Origin: a virus
Taxonomy: Duplodnaviria; Caudoviricetes
Reading direction: 5' to 3' (one strand)
Virus record (IMG/VR): IMGVR_UViG_3300028423_000849
Location: 1-62,787 of that record
DNA length: 62,787 nucleotides
Shown here in pieces: positions 17,764 to 26,932 of this stretch (position 1 is its first letter; every line of letters starts with the position of its first letter). The translations under genes were made by a program, and so were the position numbers. The notes beneath the pieces are model-generated. The model was not told where the DNA came from and did not search any database. It was given only the letters and a program-made list of their open reading frames with translations.

Positions 17764-18501
17764 ATGAGAAACATACTGTTAAAAAGTCTCTACAAAATAC
17801 ACAAGCAAGGCGATATGCCTGCTCCTTCTCGTGCAATGACCAGTGAAAAATCTTTTGCATGTTATCAGGAAATGCAAAAGCTGAGTGTTGAAAGTTTTAA
17901 GAGTCACATGGCAGGTAACTGGAGTCTAGTTGAGCTAGGTGGTTCTTTTGGCAACCTGCAACAAGCCTTCAAATACACCTTACACAAAACCAAACAGATA
18001 CACCAAGACAACTATCCCTGCAACATACTGTATGCAGACCCTGACGTGCTGTGCTTGGAACCCATTGATCCTTGGGGAGATCACAAAAATTTGGATTTTC
18101 ATGTGTTTGGTGCTGGCAATTGTGGCGTTAGATATTTCAAGAACAGCATGACCAACAAATTGTGGAAACATGCTATCTCTGTGTCACGAAAGTGGGACAA
18201 TCACAATTATAATTTTGAACAGGATCTCTATATTAGCCTTGAAAAACAAGCGATAAAACAGTTGTCTGGCACACTGGAAGACGCTGTGAGTGCATGTGAG
18301 CTCTGGAACCAAGTAGATCAAGTACCAAACATTGATGCAACGCACCAGGACTGCTCTAGCCAGGAGATCCACGACATGGTAGAACAATTAGAGTATCACT
18401 ATGATGTGCCAGTTGTGCATTTTCACTCGTCTAGAATTCCATGTGCAACACTGTTATTGATGAAAAAAGTATGGAAACATCATCAGCGCACACAGCAATG
18501 A
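17764..18501 (+). CDS. GT-A-like nucleotide-diphospho-sugar transferase
   Basis: NILYADPD (DxD), NCGVRYF, EQD and late HFHSS. Confidence 0.6.
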   Translation: MRNILLKSLYKIHKQGDMPAPSRAMTSEKSFACYQEMQKLSVESFKSHMAGNWSLVELGGSFGNLQQAFKYTLHKTKQIHQDNYPCNILYADPDVLCLEPIDPWGDHKNLDFHVFGAGNCGVRYFKNSMTNKLWKHAISVSRKWDNHNYNFEQDLYISLEKQAIKQLSGTLEDAVSACELWNQVDQVPNIDATHQDCSSQEIHDMVEQLEYHYDVPVVHFHSSRIPCATLLLMKKVWKHHQRTQQ

Positions 18502-18881
18502 TCGCTATGCACAAAAAACTGCTTTCTGTGATACGCGACGATCTTGTAAAAATGCTCAGTAAAACACAAGAGTCCCAGGATTGCTCTGACAATTATCTGT
18601 TGAAAAAAATTTTCAAAAACCATCGCTACAACAAAACAACCAACCAACACCATGGCATACGATTGAGCACACTGGGCAATCAACTTCTAAGAAAGCACTA
18701 TCAAGCCTATGACTATGTGATAGATCACAAAGTGTCAAACAAATCTCTGTTGCTCATGGACCAACACATGACTTGGCCCTACTATGTGGGGAGAACACGT
18801 GTTAGCTTTTACAGCGAAAATGATGCAGCTTGGTTTTCTTTGAATGGCAAAAACCTAGATGATTATGCGGATTATTTGTAG
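18498..18881 (+). CDS. hypothetical protein
   Basis: ATGA overlap with the previous gene. Confidence 0.6.
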   Translation: MIAMHKKLLSVIRDDLVKMLSKTQESQDCSDNYLLKKIFKNHRYNKTTNQHHGIRLSTLGNQLLRKHYQAYDYVIDHKVSNKSLLLMDQHMTWPYYVGRTRVSFYSENDAAWFSLNGKNLDDYADYL

Positions 18882-19388
18882 ATGCACACCCTGATTCTAA
18901 ACAACGATGCAGCTCCTCTGAGTGTGATACCTCTGAGCACAGTGGACTGGCAGGATGCAATCACATATATGTATCTGGATCGTGTTACGGTGCTTGAGTG
19001 GTATGACGATTGGATTGTGAGATCACACCAATGGGAAACACGTGTGCCTGCAGTGATCATGTTCAAGAAGTTTATCAGACGCAATCTCAGGCCTAGATTC
19101 AGCAAATACAACATATTGCTCAGAGATCATTTCCAGTGTCAATACTGTGGCACGAGTCTCAGCAAAGACACTGCCACCATGGATCATGTGATTCCTGTGA
19201 GTCGCGGAGGCAAAACACACTGGAAAAACATTGTGAGCAGTTGTGGATCCTGCAATACTCACAAAGGCAACCGCTTGATTGCTCCCTCGACTCGGCCACA
19301 GATACCCACCTACTACGATTTAGCAGGTGTGCGAAAAGCCATGGGTATTGAGGTGTCACACCCCAGCTGGCAAGACTATATCAGCTAA
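18882..19388 (+). CDS. HNH endonuclease (McrA-like)
   Basis: RDHFQCQYCG, TMDHVIPVSRGG, WKNIVSSCGSCNTHKG. Confidence 0.92.
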   Translation: MHTLILNNDAAPLSVIPLSTVDWQDAITYMYLDRVTVLEWYDDWIVRSHQWETRVPAVIMFKKFIRRNLRPRFSKYNILLRDHFQCQYCGTSLSKDTATMDHVIPVSRGGKTHWKNIVSSCGSCNTHKGNRLIAPSTRPQIPTYYDLAGVRKAMGIEVSHPSWQDYIS

Positions 19389-19483
19389 GTGCTTGATTTT
19401 ACAGAGATTTTTCGGTCTGATCAAGCTGCGGTTGACAGGTGTGCTATACTAGTAATACACAGTGAGAAATCAGAGGTACAATT

Positions 19484-19753
19484 ATGTCAGACAATGTTAT
19501 TCAGTTTCCTCAGGCTCCCAGTGAGCCCAAAGAGCCCAACACCACCTGGAGTTTCGAAATGCAAGATGAAACAGGCAGCATTTTTCAGGTGACCTATGAC
19601 ACAGAACACAGAGATCTACAGATGGTAGAAGTGTCAGATGGATATATCCAACACCTCTGTGAAAAACTCTGTGAGTGTGTGAAAAACAATCCCGAACTTG
19701 AAGAATATGTGTCCACCATGCTGGAACGAGCAATCAAGAAAATTTCCGGTTGA
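19484..19753 (+). CDS. hypothetical protein
   Basis: RBS GAGG; begins MSDNVIQFP. Confidence 0.65.
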   Translation: MSDNVIQFPQAPSEPKEPNTTWSFEMQDETGSIFQVTYDTEHRDLQMVEVSDGYIQHLCEKLCECVKNNPELEEYVSTMLERAIKKISG

Positions 19754-19777
19754 CAACCCCACAAAACCTGCTATAAT
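19750..19777 (+). promoter_or_regulatory. sigma70-type promoter
   Basis: TTGACA-16nt-TATAAT with TGn. Confidence 0.75.
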
Positions 19778-19831
19778 GTGTGTACATGTTAGGCGAACTG
19801 CTGACAACTACAATTTTCTATTGCATAGAGG

Positions 19832-19859
19832 TTGACACAGTGAGCTTTTCATGTATAAT
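19832..19859 (+). promoter_or_regulatory. sigma70-type promoter
   Basis: TTGACA-16nt-TATAAT. Confidence 0.75.
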
Positions 19860-19934
19860 GTAGATAAGTTGGCAAAACGTCAACGACCGGCATATTGTAT
19901 GCCATTTTGTTTAACTACCAAAGAGGTAAAAACT

Positions 19935-20147
19935 ATGAGTAATGCAACGACCAAGAAAGCACGTGTATTGGAAGGTCTGCGCTCTAACAGCAACGGCTTG
20001 ACTGGCGCGCAAATTGAAGCACGTTATCGTGTTGGCAATGCAAGTGCTACAGTAAGTGACTTGCGCATGGATGGTGTCAACATCAACACTGTGCAGCGCA
20101 CTGACACAAAAGGTCGCACCAGGACTTTCTATAGTCTGGGTCGCTAA
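19935..20147 (+). CDS. small winged-helix DNA-binding protein
   Basis: RVLEGLRS...LTGAQIEARY...ATVSDLRMDG plus a beta wing; RBS GAGG. Confidence 0.7.
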   Translation: MSNATTKKARVLEGLRSNSNGLTGAQIEARYRVGNASATVSDLRMDGVNINTVQRTDTKGRTRTFYSLGR

Positions 20148-20169
20148 GAGCAACTCTTAGACCGTCTGC

Positions 20170-20197
20170 AAAAGGCGCCCAGTGCGCCTTTTGTTTT
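20170..20197 (+). terminator. intrinsic terminator
   Basis: AAAAGGCGC-CCAGT-GCGCCTTTT followed by GTTTT. Confidence 0.8.
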
Positions 20198-20278
20198 GAC
20201 TAAAACGTCTGCCAAAGAGTCACAGAATAGCCACATTGTCATAAGTAGTGTGTCAATCAAACACACAGGAGACACGCC

Positions 20279-20572
20279 ATGAAAGCACTGATTCCCAGCA
20301 TCATAGATTTTGTCAAACGTGACTGGCAGGAAAGTCCTGTGCGCTGTGGGCTAGAAATTGCTGCTTGGTTTATGAGCATTGGTGCTGCTATTCTCATGGG
20401 TGTGACACTGCCCGATCCACCCTGGCTCATACTGTATCCGCTGTTTATTGTGCAATGCAGTATTTTTGCCTGGGCCAGCAGGACCCGCGGAAGCACTGGA
20501 TTGCTGGCAAATTACATGATTTTGGTCACAATTGACACCATAGCCTTGGGCAAATATCTCACTACTCTCTGA
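20279..20572 (+). CDS. small three-TM membrane protein
   Basis: Hydrophobic segments; RBS AGGAG. Confidence 0.65.
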   Translation: MKALIPSIIDFVKRDWQESPVRCGLEIAAWFMSIGAAILMGVTLPDPPWLILYPLFIVQCSIFAWASRTRGSTGLLANYMILVTIDTIALGKYLTTL

Positions 20573-20603
20573 AAAACCCTGAGAAATCAAGGGGTTACAA
20601 CTG

Positions 20604-20657
20604 TTGACAATGACTCTTAATCTGCTACAATAGTGGTGTAGGTTAACAAAACAGGAG
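20604..20657 (+). promoter_or_regulatory. promoter-leader cassette, copy 1
   Basis: TTGACA-16-TACAAT-AG..GTGTAGGTTAACAAAAC-AGGAG. Confidence 0.75.
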
Positions 20658-20665
20658 AGTAGCAA

Positions 20666-21115
20666 ATGGCTTATATCAACACACAAGACGTTAAACGCAT
20701 CCGAGAAGCACTCAAGGTGGCATTCCCAGAATTTCGCTTCAGTGTACGCAAAGGCTACGGCAGCATGTCTGTGACAGTGTCTATTCAGTCGGGTCCCGTA
20801 GACTTCTCAGATATTCACAACTATCGCGACGACTATGTGGATGTGAACCACTTTCACACCCACCAGTATGACAAACATCAGGAATTGTTTGATGCGATCA
20901 TTGCTGTGATCAAGCAGGCGCCCAGTAGCAAGTGGTACGACAAATCAGATGCACAGTATGACCATTTTGATACTGCATTTTATTTTCACCTGCATGTAGG
21001 ACAGTTTGACAAACCCTATGAGATCCGCTACCCCCGCAAGGGTATCTACCATGTGCCTGAGAGCTATATGCAACAGGCACAAACAGCACTTGCACTCACA
21101 GAGATGACGGCTTAA
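20666..21115 (+). CDS. LPD29-like early protein
   Basis: IREALKVAFPEFRFSVR...SDAQYDHFDTAFY pattern. Confidence 0.55.
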   Translation: MAYINTQDVKRIREALKVAFPEFRFSVRKGYGSMSVTVSIQSGPVDFSDIHNYRDDYVDVNHFHTHQYDKHQELFDAIIAVIKQAPSSKWYDKSDAQYDHFDTAFYFHLHVGQFDKPYEIRYPRKGIYHVPESYMQQAQTALALTEMTA

Positions 21116-21130
21116 AAGGAGGAAAACATC

Positions 21131-21307
21131 ATGCCAGACTTTGAATTCATCTACGACGCCAACAACACTGCCGAAGAAAACTTTCAATGCTGGTACCAGC
21201 TCAATGCACAAGAGCGCGGTGCCTACAATGAGCAAATCATGAGCATTGACCAAGCACGTGAAGTTTTCAGCAAATATTTTGATGTAGATTTCGGTGGCAC
21301 AGAATAA
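21131..21307 (+). CDS. 58-aa hypothetical protein (not in ORF track)
   Basis: RBS AGGAGG; MPDFEFIYDANNTAEENFQCW... Confidence 0.7.
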   Translation: MPDFEFIYDANNTAEENFQCWYQLNAQERGAYNEQIMSIDQAREVFSKYFDVDFGGTE

Positions 21308-21313
21308 TACATT

Positions 21314-22435
21314 ATGCTGGAGCGAATCTATCAAACCTGGAACATAGAGCCTGCACACATCACAGGCGATGAGTTCACAGGCTACGAGCATCTGTACCCC
21401 AAGTTTGATCAGTTCACCAAAGAAGTCTATGATGCAGATCCTGAGGGCACCATTGAAGCAGTGTTTGATCTATATCGCAGCGTGAACCTGGTGCCCATGG
21501 ACTATTACACAGAAGCAGGCTTGATCAAAGCAATCCGTGACTTCCGTGACGCCAGCTACAAGAATGTCAGGGACCATCGCATAGGATTAGGCAACAACCG
21601 TGGTCAGAAGATCAGCAGGTTCCTGTTTCCCAACATGATGACTGCTGAGCCCAAAGGCCGTGGCAGCAACAGTCTCAGAGATCGCTTCCTAGACGATGCC
21701 AAACTGCGCAGAGCCATACGCATCTGTTTTGAATTTCGTGAAGGCAATGCATTGGTTTATCCCACAGCCATGCGCCGTTCTTTGGAGTTGGTCACTGGCG
21801 AAAATGTGCAGAACTTCAAGCCTCAGCATGCGCGTGCCATTGTGGAGTATCTGTGTCCTACATTGTGGGGTCGTGTGTACGACTACAGTTGTGGTTATGG
21901 AGGCAGGTTGTTGGGCATTACCAGCAGCAATCTCAGGTATGAGTATGTGGGCATAGATCCCAACACAGAAACCACAGAAAACTTGCAGCTACTAAATCAA
22001 TTCATTGAGCTGGCAGGTGGCACACCAGGTGAGATACATCAGAGTGTAAGCGAACAGTTTGTGCCTGAGCGCATAGACTGTGCATTTAGCTCACCGCCCT
22101 ACTTCAACTTGGAAAAGTATTCCGATGAACCCACACAGTGCATGAATCAGTTTCACACACTGGATGAGTGGTTTGAGGGCTATGTGGTTCCCACCATGAA
22201 GAACATACGCACAGGTCTCAACTCTGATGGTGTATTTGCTACCAACATTGCAGACTACAAGGTCCCAGGAGCAGAATTCCAAGTGGTTGATCGTTGGATT
22301 CACACAGCAGAACAACTTGGCTTTCGGCACACAGAAACCATCCGTATGATGCTGAATACCCGCCCCGGAGTGGGCAATGGCAAGCAGGATGGGGTAGAGA
22401 AATTCGAGGGAATTTATGTGTTTTCCAGAGGTTGA
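21314..22435 (+). CDS. DNA amino-methyltransferase (N4-C or N6-A)
   Basis: SAM motif DYSCGYGGR, GIDPN, catalytic SPPY. Confidence 0.85.
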   Translation: MLERIYQTWNIEPAHITGDEFTGYEHLYPKFDQFTKEVYDADPEGTIEAVFDLYRSVNLVPMDYYTEAGLIKAIRDFRDASYKNVRDHRIGLGNNRGQKISRFLFPNMMTAEPKGRGSNSLRDRFLDDAKLRRAIRICFEFREGNALVYPTAMRRSLELVTGENVQNFKPQHARAIVEYLCPTLWGRVYDYSCGYGGRLLGITSSNLRYEYVGIDPNTETTENLQLLNQFIELAGGTPGEIHQSVSEQFVPERIDCAFSSPPYFNLEKYSDEPTQCMNQFHTLDEWFEGYVVPTMKNIRTGLNSDGVFATNIADYKVPGAEFQVVDRWIHTAEQLGFRHTETIRMMLNTRPGVGNGKQDGVEKFEGIYVFSRG

Positions 22436-22490
22436 CACCCCGGATATTTCGTGTACAATAGCAGTGTAGGTTAACAAAACAAAGGAGTAG
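22432..22490 (+). promoter_or_regulatory. promoter-leader cassette, copy 2
   Basis: TTGACA-16-TACAAT-AG..GTGTAGGTTAACAAAACA-AAGGAGTAG. Confidence 0.75.
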
Positions 22491-22495
22491 TACAA

Positions 22496-23596
22496 ATGGA
22501 TACACTAACAGTAAAACCCACACAAGTCGCCAGCATTGTAGGTCGCGCGGCACAGGTACAACGCCCCATCTTTATTTGGGGTCCTCCAGGCATTGGCAAA
22601 AGTGAGCTAGTGCAGAACATCACAGATGGGTTGGGCAACAGCACGCTGATTGATCTCAGATTGGCTCTGATGGAGCCTACAGATCTACGAGGCTTCCCTT
22701 TCCGTAATCCAGAAACCAATACCATGGAATGGGCACCGCCAGCGGACTTGCCCGGCCAGGAGTTTGCTGATCAATATGATCATGTGGTGCTGTTCCTGGA
22801 CGAGCTCAACAGTGCTCCGCCCAGTGTGCAGAGTGCTGCCTATCAGTTGATCCTGAACCGCAGAATCGGTCAGTACCAGTTACCGAAGAATGTGATCATG
22901 ATTGCCGCAGGCAACCGTGAAACAGACCGTGGTGTAACATATCGCATGCCAGCACCACTGGCAAACCGTTTCCGTCATGTGAACATGGCTGTGGACTTTG
23001 GCGACTGGCAACAGTGGGCCATCAACAATGATGTGCACCCTGATGTGTTAGGCTATCTCAGCTATGCCAAGCAGGATCTCTTTGACTTTGATCCCAAGAC
23101 CAGTTCACAGGCATTTGCCACACCGCGCAGTTGGACGTTTGTCAGTGAGATGCTCACAGACACTGAGTTTGACAGTGCTGACATCTCAGAGCAGAAAGCA
23201 GAGATTGCAGGTGCAGTTGGTGAGGGCATGGCAGGCAAGTTCATTGAACACAGACGCATTGCCAGCAAACTGCCTAACCCAGAAAACATCTTGGATGGCA
23301 CAGTGACCAAGTTGGACGACAAGCTGAGTACAGAACTCAGCGCCAAGTACAGTCTCGTGGTTGGCCTAACCTATGAGATCAATCAACTCTACAAAGAGCA
23401 AGGTCTCAAAGCAGACTTCAAGAAAAAATTCAACACTGCTGTGAGATTTGCATATGACAACTTTGAGCCTGAGATGGTGGTGCTACTGTTCAAGACCATC
23501 ATGTCGGACTACAAGATCAAGTTCAATATTCGCACCGATTTGGACAAAGATGTCTACAAGGTGTTCTCAGAGCGTTACACCAGATACATCGTGTAA
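22496..23596 (+). CDS. MoxR-like AAA+ ATPase
   Basis: Walker A GPPGIGKS, Walker B LFLDE, AAGN, PLANRF, TPRSW. Confidence 0.92.
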   Translation: MDTLTVKPTQVASIVGRAAQVQRPIFIWGPPGIGKSELVQNITDGLGNSTLIDLRLALMEPTDLRGFPFRNPETNTMEWAPPADLPGQEFADQYDHVVLFLDELNSAPPSVQSAAYQLILNRRIGQYQLPKNVIMIAAGNRETDRGVTYRMPAPLANRFRHVNMAVDFGDWQQWAINNDVHPDVLGYLSYAKQDLFDFDPKTSSQAFATPRSWTFVSEMLTDTEFDSADISEQKAEIAGAVGEGMAGKFIEHRRIASKLPNPENILDGTVTKLDDKLSTELSAKYSLVVGLTYEINQLYKEQGLKADFKKKFNTAVRFAYDNFEPEMVVLLFKTIMSDYKIKFNIRTDLDKDVYKVFSERYTRYIV

Positions 23597-23605
23597 CACA
23601 GTCAA

Positions 23606-23655
23606 TGGTGCTGGGTCCTACTACTCCTACTCCTCCGACCTACAACCCAGCACCA
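23606..23655 (+). ncRNA. candidate structured RNA: hairpin with anti-Shine-Dalgarno loop
   Basis: Perfect 11-bp stem TGGTGCTGGGT/ACCCAGCACCA; 28-nt loop CCTACTACTCCTACTCCTCCGACCTACA. Confidence 0.45.
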
Positions 23656-23660
23656 GTGTC

Positions 23661-23684
23661 GCCCCCCGCATAAGGGGGGCTTTT
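23661..23684 (+). terminator. intrinsic terminator
   Basis: GCCCCCC-GCATAA-GGGGGGC-TTTT. Confidence 0.8.
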
Positions 23685-23699
23685 AATAACAAATGTAGG

Positions 23700-23748
23700 T
23701 TGACACAGCAGACAATTCTGCTACAATAGTAGTGTAGGTAACAAGGAG
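23700..23748 (+). promoter_or_regulatory. promoter-leader cassette, copy 3
   Basis: TTGACA-16-TACAAT-AGTA-GTGTAGGTAAC-AAGGAG. Confidence 0.75.
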
Positions 23749-23754
23749 TAAACA

Positions 23755-25041
23755 ATGAGCACAGACATTAGCAAATCAGCAAGCCAGGTAGCAACGCCAG
23801 ATATTCCTGAGACTGCTAAAACATCAGCACAAGTTGAAGACATGCTGATCAAAGCTCGGGTAAAAATGCTGCTGAGTGCGCCTTTCTTCGGCAACTTGGC
23901 AACTCGCTTGCACTTCATTGATGCCACAGAGTGGTGTCCCACTGCTGCCACAGACGGCAAAAACTTCTACTACAATCGCAACTTTGTGGATGCACTAACT
24001 GAAAGTGAGCTGATCTTTTTGATGGGTCATGAGGTTCTGCACTGTGTGTATGATCACGTGAATCCAGACCATGTGAACAACCGAGATCGTCGTTTGCTGA
24101 ATGTTGCACAGGACTATGTGATCAATCATGACCTAGTTGAGGCACGCATCGGCGACATGATCCGCTTGGTAGATATCTGCTACAATCCTGCATACCAGAG
24201 CTACACTGCAGATGAAATCTATGATATCTTGTTCAAGCAAGCAGAGGAAGAAGGTCGTGTGGTTGAAATGCCCACATTGGACATGCACTTGGACAGCGAA
24301 GGTGAAGGTGACAGCGACAGTGAAGGCGGCGAAGGCAACCAAGATGGTGCCAAAGGCCCAATACAATACAGCAAGGAAGAGCTAGAGCAAATTCGCAACG
24401 AGATGCAGAGCGCTGTGATGCAGAGCGCAAAAGTCAGCGGCGCAGGCAATATGCCAGGCGGCGTGCGTAGGCTTTTGGACAAACTGTTGAACCCACAACT
24501 GGACTGGCGTGAGCTGCTGGCAATGCAGATTCAAAGTGTGGTCAAGTCCGACTACACCTGGATGCGTCCCAGCCGCAAAGCACAGAGCGCAGACATGTAC
24601 ATGCCAGGCATGGACAATGAGAACACTGTGGACCTTGCTGTGGCCATTGACACATCGGGTTCCATTTCAGAAGACATGCTGCGTGACTTCCTCAGCGAAA
24701 TTCACAGCATCATGAGCCAGTACAATGACTTTACACTCCGTCTGTGGTGCTTTGATACTGCAGTACACAATCCACAAAAGTTCACAGCAGACATCAGTGC
24801 AGACCTCCTAGAGTATGACATCCAAGGCGGAGGCGGCACTGACTTTGATTGTAACTGGGCATACATGAAGGACGAAGGCATTGCGCCAAAGAAGTTTGTG
24901 ATGTTCACAGACGGATACCCTTGGAACAGCTGGGGCGACGAAAGCTACTGTGACACACTGTTTATTGTGCACGGCGGGCATGGCGGTGAAACACCCACAG
25001 CACCGTTTGGCATTACTGTGCCCTACACCAGAGAGCAATAA
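23755..25041 (+). CDS. DUF2201-type metallopeptidase-VWA protein (MoxR partner)
   Basis: TAATDG, HEVLH zincin motif, MIDAS DTSGS, GGGGTDF, FTDG. Confidence 0.9.
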   Translation: MSTDISKSASQVATPDIPETAKTSAQVEDMLIKARVKMLLSAPFFGNLATRLHFIDATEWCPTAATDGKNFYYNRNFVDALTESELIFLMGHEVLHCVYDHVNPDHVNNRDRRLLNVAQDYVINHDLVEARIGDMIRLVDICYNPAYQSYTADEIYDILFKQAEEEGRVVEMPTLDMHLDSEGEGDSDSEGGEGNQDGAKGPIQYSKEELEQIRNEMQSAVMQSAKVSGAGNMPGGVRRLLDKLLNPQLDWRELLAMQIQSVVKSDYTWMRPSRKAQSADMYMPGMDNENTVDLAVAIDTSGSISEDMLRDFLSEIHSIMSQYNDFTLRLWCFDTAVHNPQKFTADISADLLEYDIQGGGGTDFDCNWAYMKDEGIAPKKFVMFTDGYPWNSWGDESYCDTLFIVHGGHGGETPTAPFGITVPYTREQ

Positions 25042-25042
25042 C

Positions 25043-25597
25043 ATGTATAGTGCAGAACCAAAAAACACATACCTCTATAGTGTTACATCTGATCTTGCCA
25101 CTAACATCATCAAAGACATCAATGCCAAACATCCACTTGATGGATTTCTTTGGAGACTGAGGTGGCATGACTCATACACTGACCATCAACTTGCAGATAG
25201 CAGAGCCGGTTGGAGCGTGGCGATTTGGACCAAGTTCTTGTCAAAAAAACCTGATGTAGTTATAGTGCAGAAGCATTTTGAGAACACTCCCATAGAGTTA
25301 TTTCAGCTTCGAGAACACACACTAGCCGCATCCGAATGGGAGTATCTATGCTCAAACTATTATGAAGAGCCTAAGAGCAACTTTCAAGATTTGTGTGAAC
25401 AAATACATTCCTGGGAAGGTTTTATCAGTGCAAACAACTTGCTTGGTGCGCCTAACAGCGCAGAGACCATAAAGGCATTTGCTAGTATTGCAGGTGAACA
25501 TATCCACAGTGATCTACCTATGTTTTTCTGGAACCAATCGTGCACTAAGAACTATAATTGTAGCCTCAATAACCACATAGAGATGCATGCGACATGA
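25043..25597 (+). CDS. hypothetical protein
   Basis: ATG 1 nt after the VWA stop. Confidence 0.55.
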   Translation: MYSAEPKNTYLYSVTSDLATNIIKDINAKHPLDGFLWRLRWHDSYTDHQLADSRAGWSVAIWTKFLSKKPDVVIVQKHFENTPIELFQLREHTLAASEWEYLCSNYYEEPKSNFQDLCEQIHSWEGFISANNLLGAPNSAETIKAFASIAGEHIHSDLPMFFWNQSCTKNYNCSLNNHIEMHAT

Positions 25598-25884
25598 GTA
25601 AAAAGTTAGACAGAGCAGAGTTTGAATTACTTGCACACACTGAAGCCATGGTGCAGATGATCAGCAACAAACTGGTGGTCAATGATTACACAAATTTCAA
25701 AAGTACGCCAGCAGTACAAGAAGTGATCGAAACACTGGAACCAGTTATGACCTATCTGCAATCCAATGCACAAGGCATGTATTATTGTTATGTGGGTCAA
25801 GGCTTCGGCGGCCAGGTAACCATGTATTTCGAACATTCTATGGACCGTGCCAATGTAATAGAGTTAATAAAAACTCTAGACTAA
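25594..25884 (+). CDS. hypothetical protein
   Basis: ATGA overlap. Confidence 0.6.
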   Translation: MSKKLDRAEFELLAHTEAMVQMISNKLVVNDYTNFKSTPAVQEVIETLEPVMTYLQSNAQGMYYCYVGQGFGGQVTMYFEHSMDRANVIELIKTLD

Positions 25885-25978
25885 ACCTCAAATAACATAA
25901 CCAAAAAACATTTCAACATCCTCAGATCAACTGTAAATATATAGTTGTATACACAAACACACAAAGGAGTTATAACTC

Positions 25979-26227
25979 ATGGCAAAAGCAGAAGACACCC
26001 CAGAACAAACACAAGAACCACAAGATGCACCGGAGTCAATCAGTTTAAACGACCTGCAACTGCTGTTGCAGATTGTGGATCTCGCAAGCAACAGAGGCGC
26101 GTTTCGAGGCGCAGAGCTCACACAGGTTGGCGGAATTTTTGACAAACTCAATGTGTTCCTCAGCTATGTTGCAGAACAGCAGGAAGGTGCTGAAGCATCT
26201 CAAGACGCCGAAGAAACAGAGGAGTAA
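25979..26227 (+). CDS. small acidic hypothetical protein
   Basis: RBS AAGGAG; helical core IVDLASNRGAFRGAEL. Confidence 0.7.
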   Translation: MAKAEDTPEQTQEPQDAPESISLNDLQLLLQIVDLASNRGAFRGAELTQVGGIFDKLNVFLSYVAEQQEGAEASQDAEETEE

Positions 26228-26230
26228 TAC

Positions 26231-26887
26231 ATGGCTAAGATTACAAAACATGTCGGAAAAAACGGACAAAAACCCTGTGTGGTAGTATTCCGTGAAATTC
26301 CAGAAGAGCCAGAAAACTGTTTAATTGTTGAAACAGAAACACTGGACGAGCAGTCCCATGACGATCTAATGAACGTTGTGCAGAGTCCCGAAGCACAAGA
26401 AGGCAACAACCTCAGTGACATCTTACATCGTAGGCATTTTAAAAACGGCGACAACATGCTGAGTTCATTGCATCACGGCAAAAAAATGAGGAAAGTGCCT
26501 GTGAGCCAAGTGGTGTTGATGCCTGTGCCTAATCAAGAAGTAGCACTGTCTGAGGTCAATGCAGAGATTCGCAAACTCGAAGGAGGCTACGAGCCGCCAA
26601 AGACAGATCCAGCACATCTCAATAATCAAGGAACATCACTGGAAACGGACCCGGGCCTGAATCAGCAACGCATTGACGAAGATGCATCTTCCACAGACAA
26701 CGGTTCAGATCCCACGGCTATTGCACAGGGTTTGCTTAATCAAGCGGCGCTTCTCAGGCATGATGCAGAAGCACTGCAGAATGATGCAGAAACCAAAATG
26801 GCAGAAGCATACAAACTTGATCCGTCTCTGAAGCCGAAGACTGCTACCAAAAAAAAATCCGCAAAGAAAAAAGCTGCTAAAAAGTAA
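26231..26887 (+). CDS. hypothetical protein with Lys/Ala-rich C-terminal tail
   Basis: RBS GAGGAG; ends TATKKKSAKKKAAKK. Confidence 0.75.
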   Translation: MAKITKHVGKNGQKPCVVVFREIPEEPENCLIVETETLDEQSHDDLMNVVQSPEAQEGNNLSDILHRRHFKNGDNMLSSLHHGKKMRKVPVSQVVLMPVPNQEVALSEVNAEIRKLEGGYEPPKTDPAHLNNQGTSLETDPGLNQQRIDEDASSTDNGSDPTAIAQGLLNQAALLRHDAEALQNDAETKMAEAYKLDPSLKPKTATKKKSAKKKAAKK

Positions 26888-26932
26888 CAGCGGATCTGAG
26901 ATAAATATCTCATATAACACAAGGAGATCAGT

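Noticed and set aside
18882-19388. HNH gene as an intron-encoded homing endonuclease
   Set aside because: Free-standing and abutting its upstream neighbour; no interrupted gene or intron structure is visible
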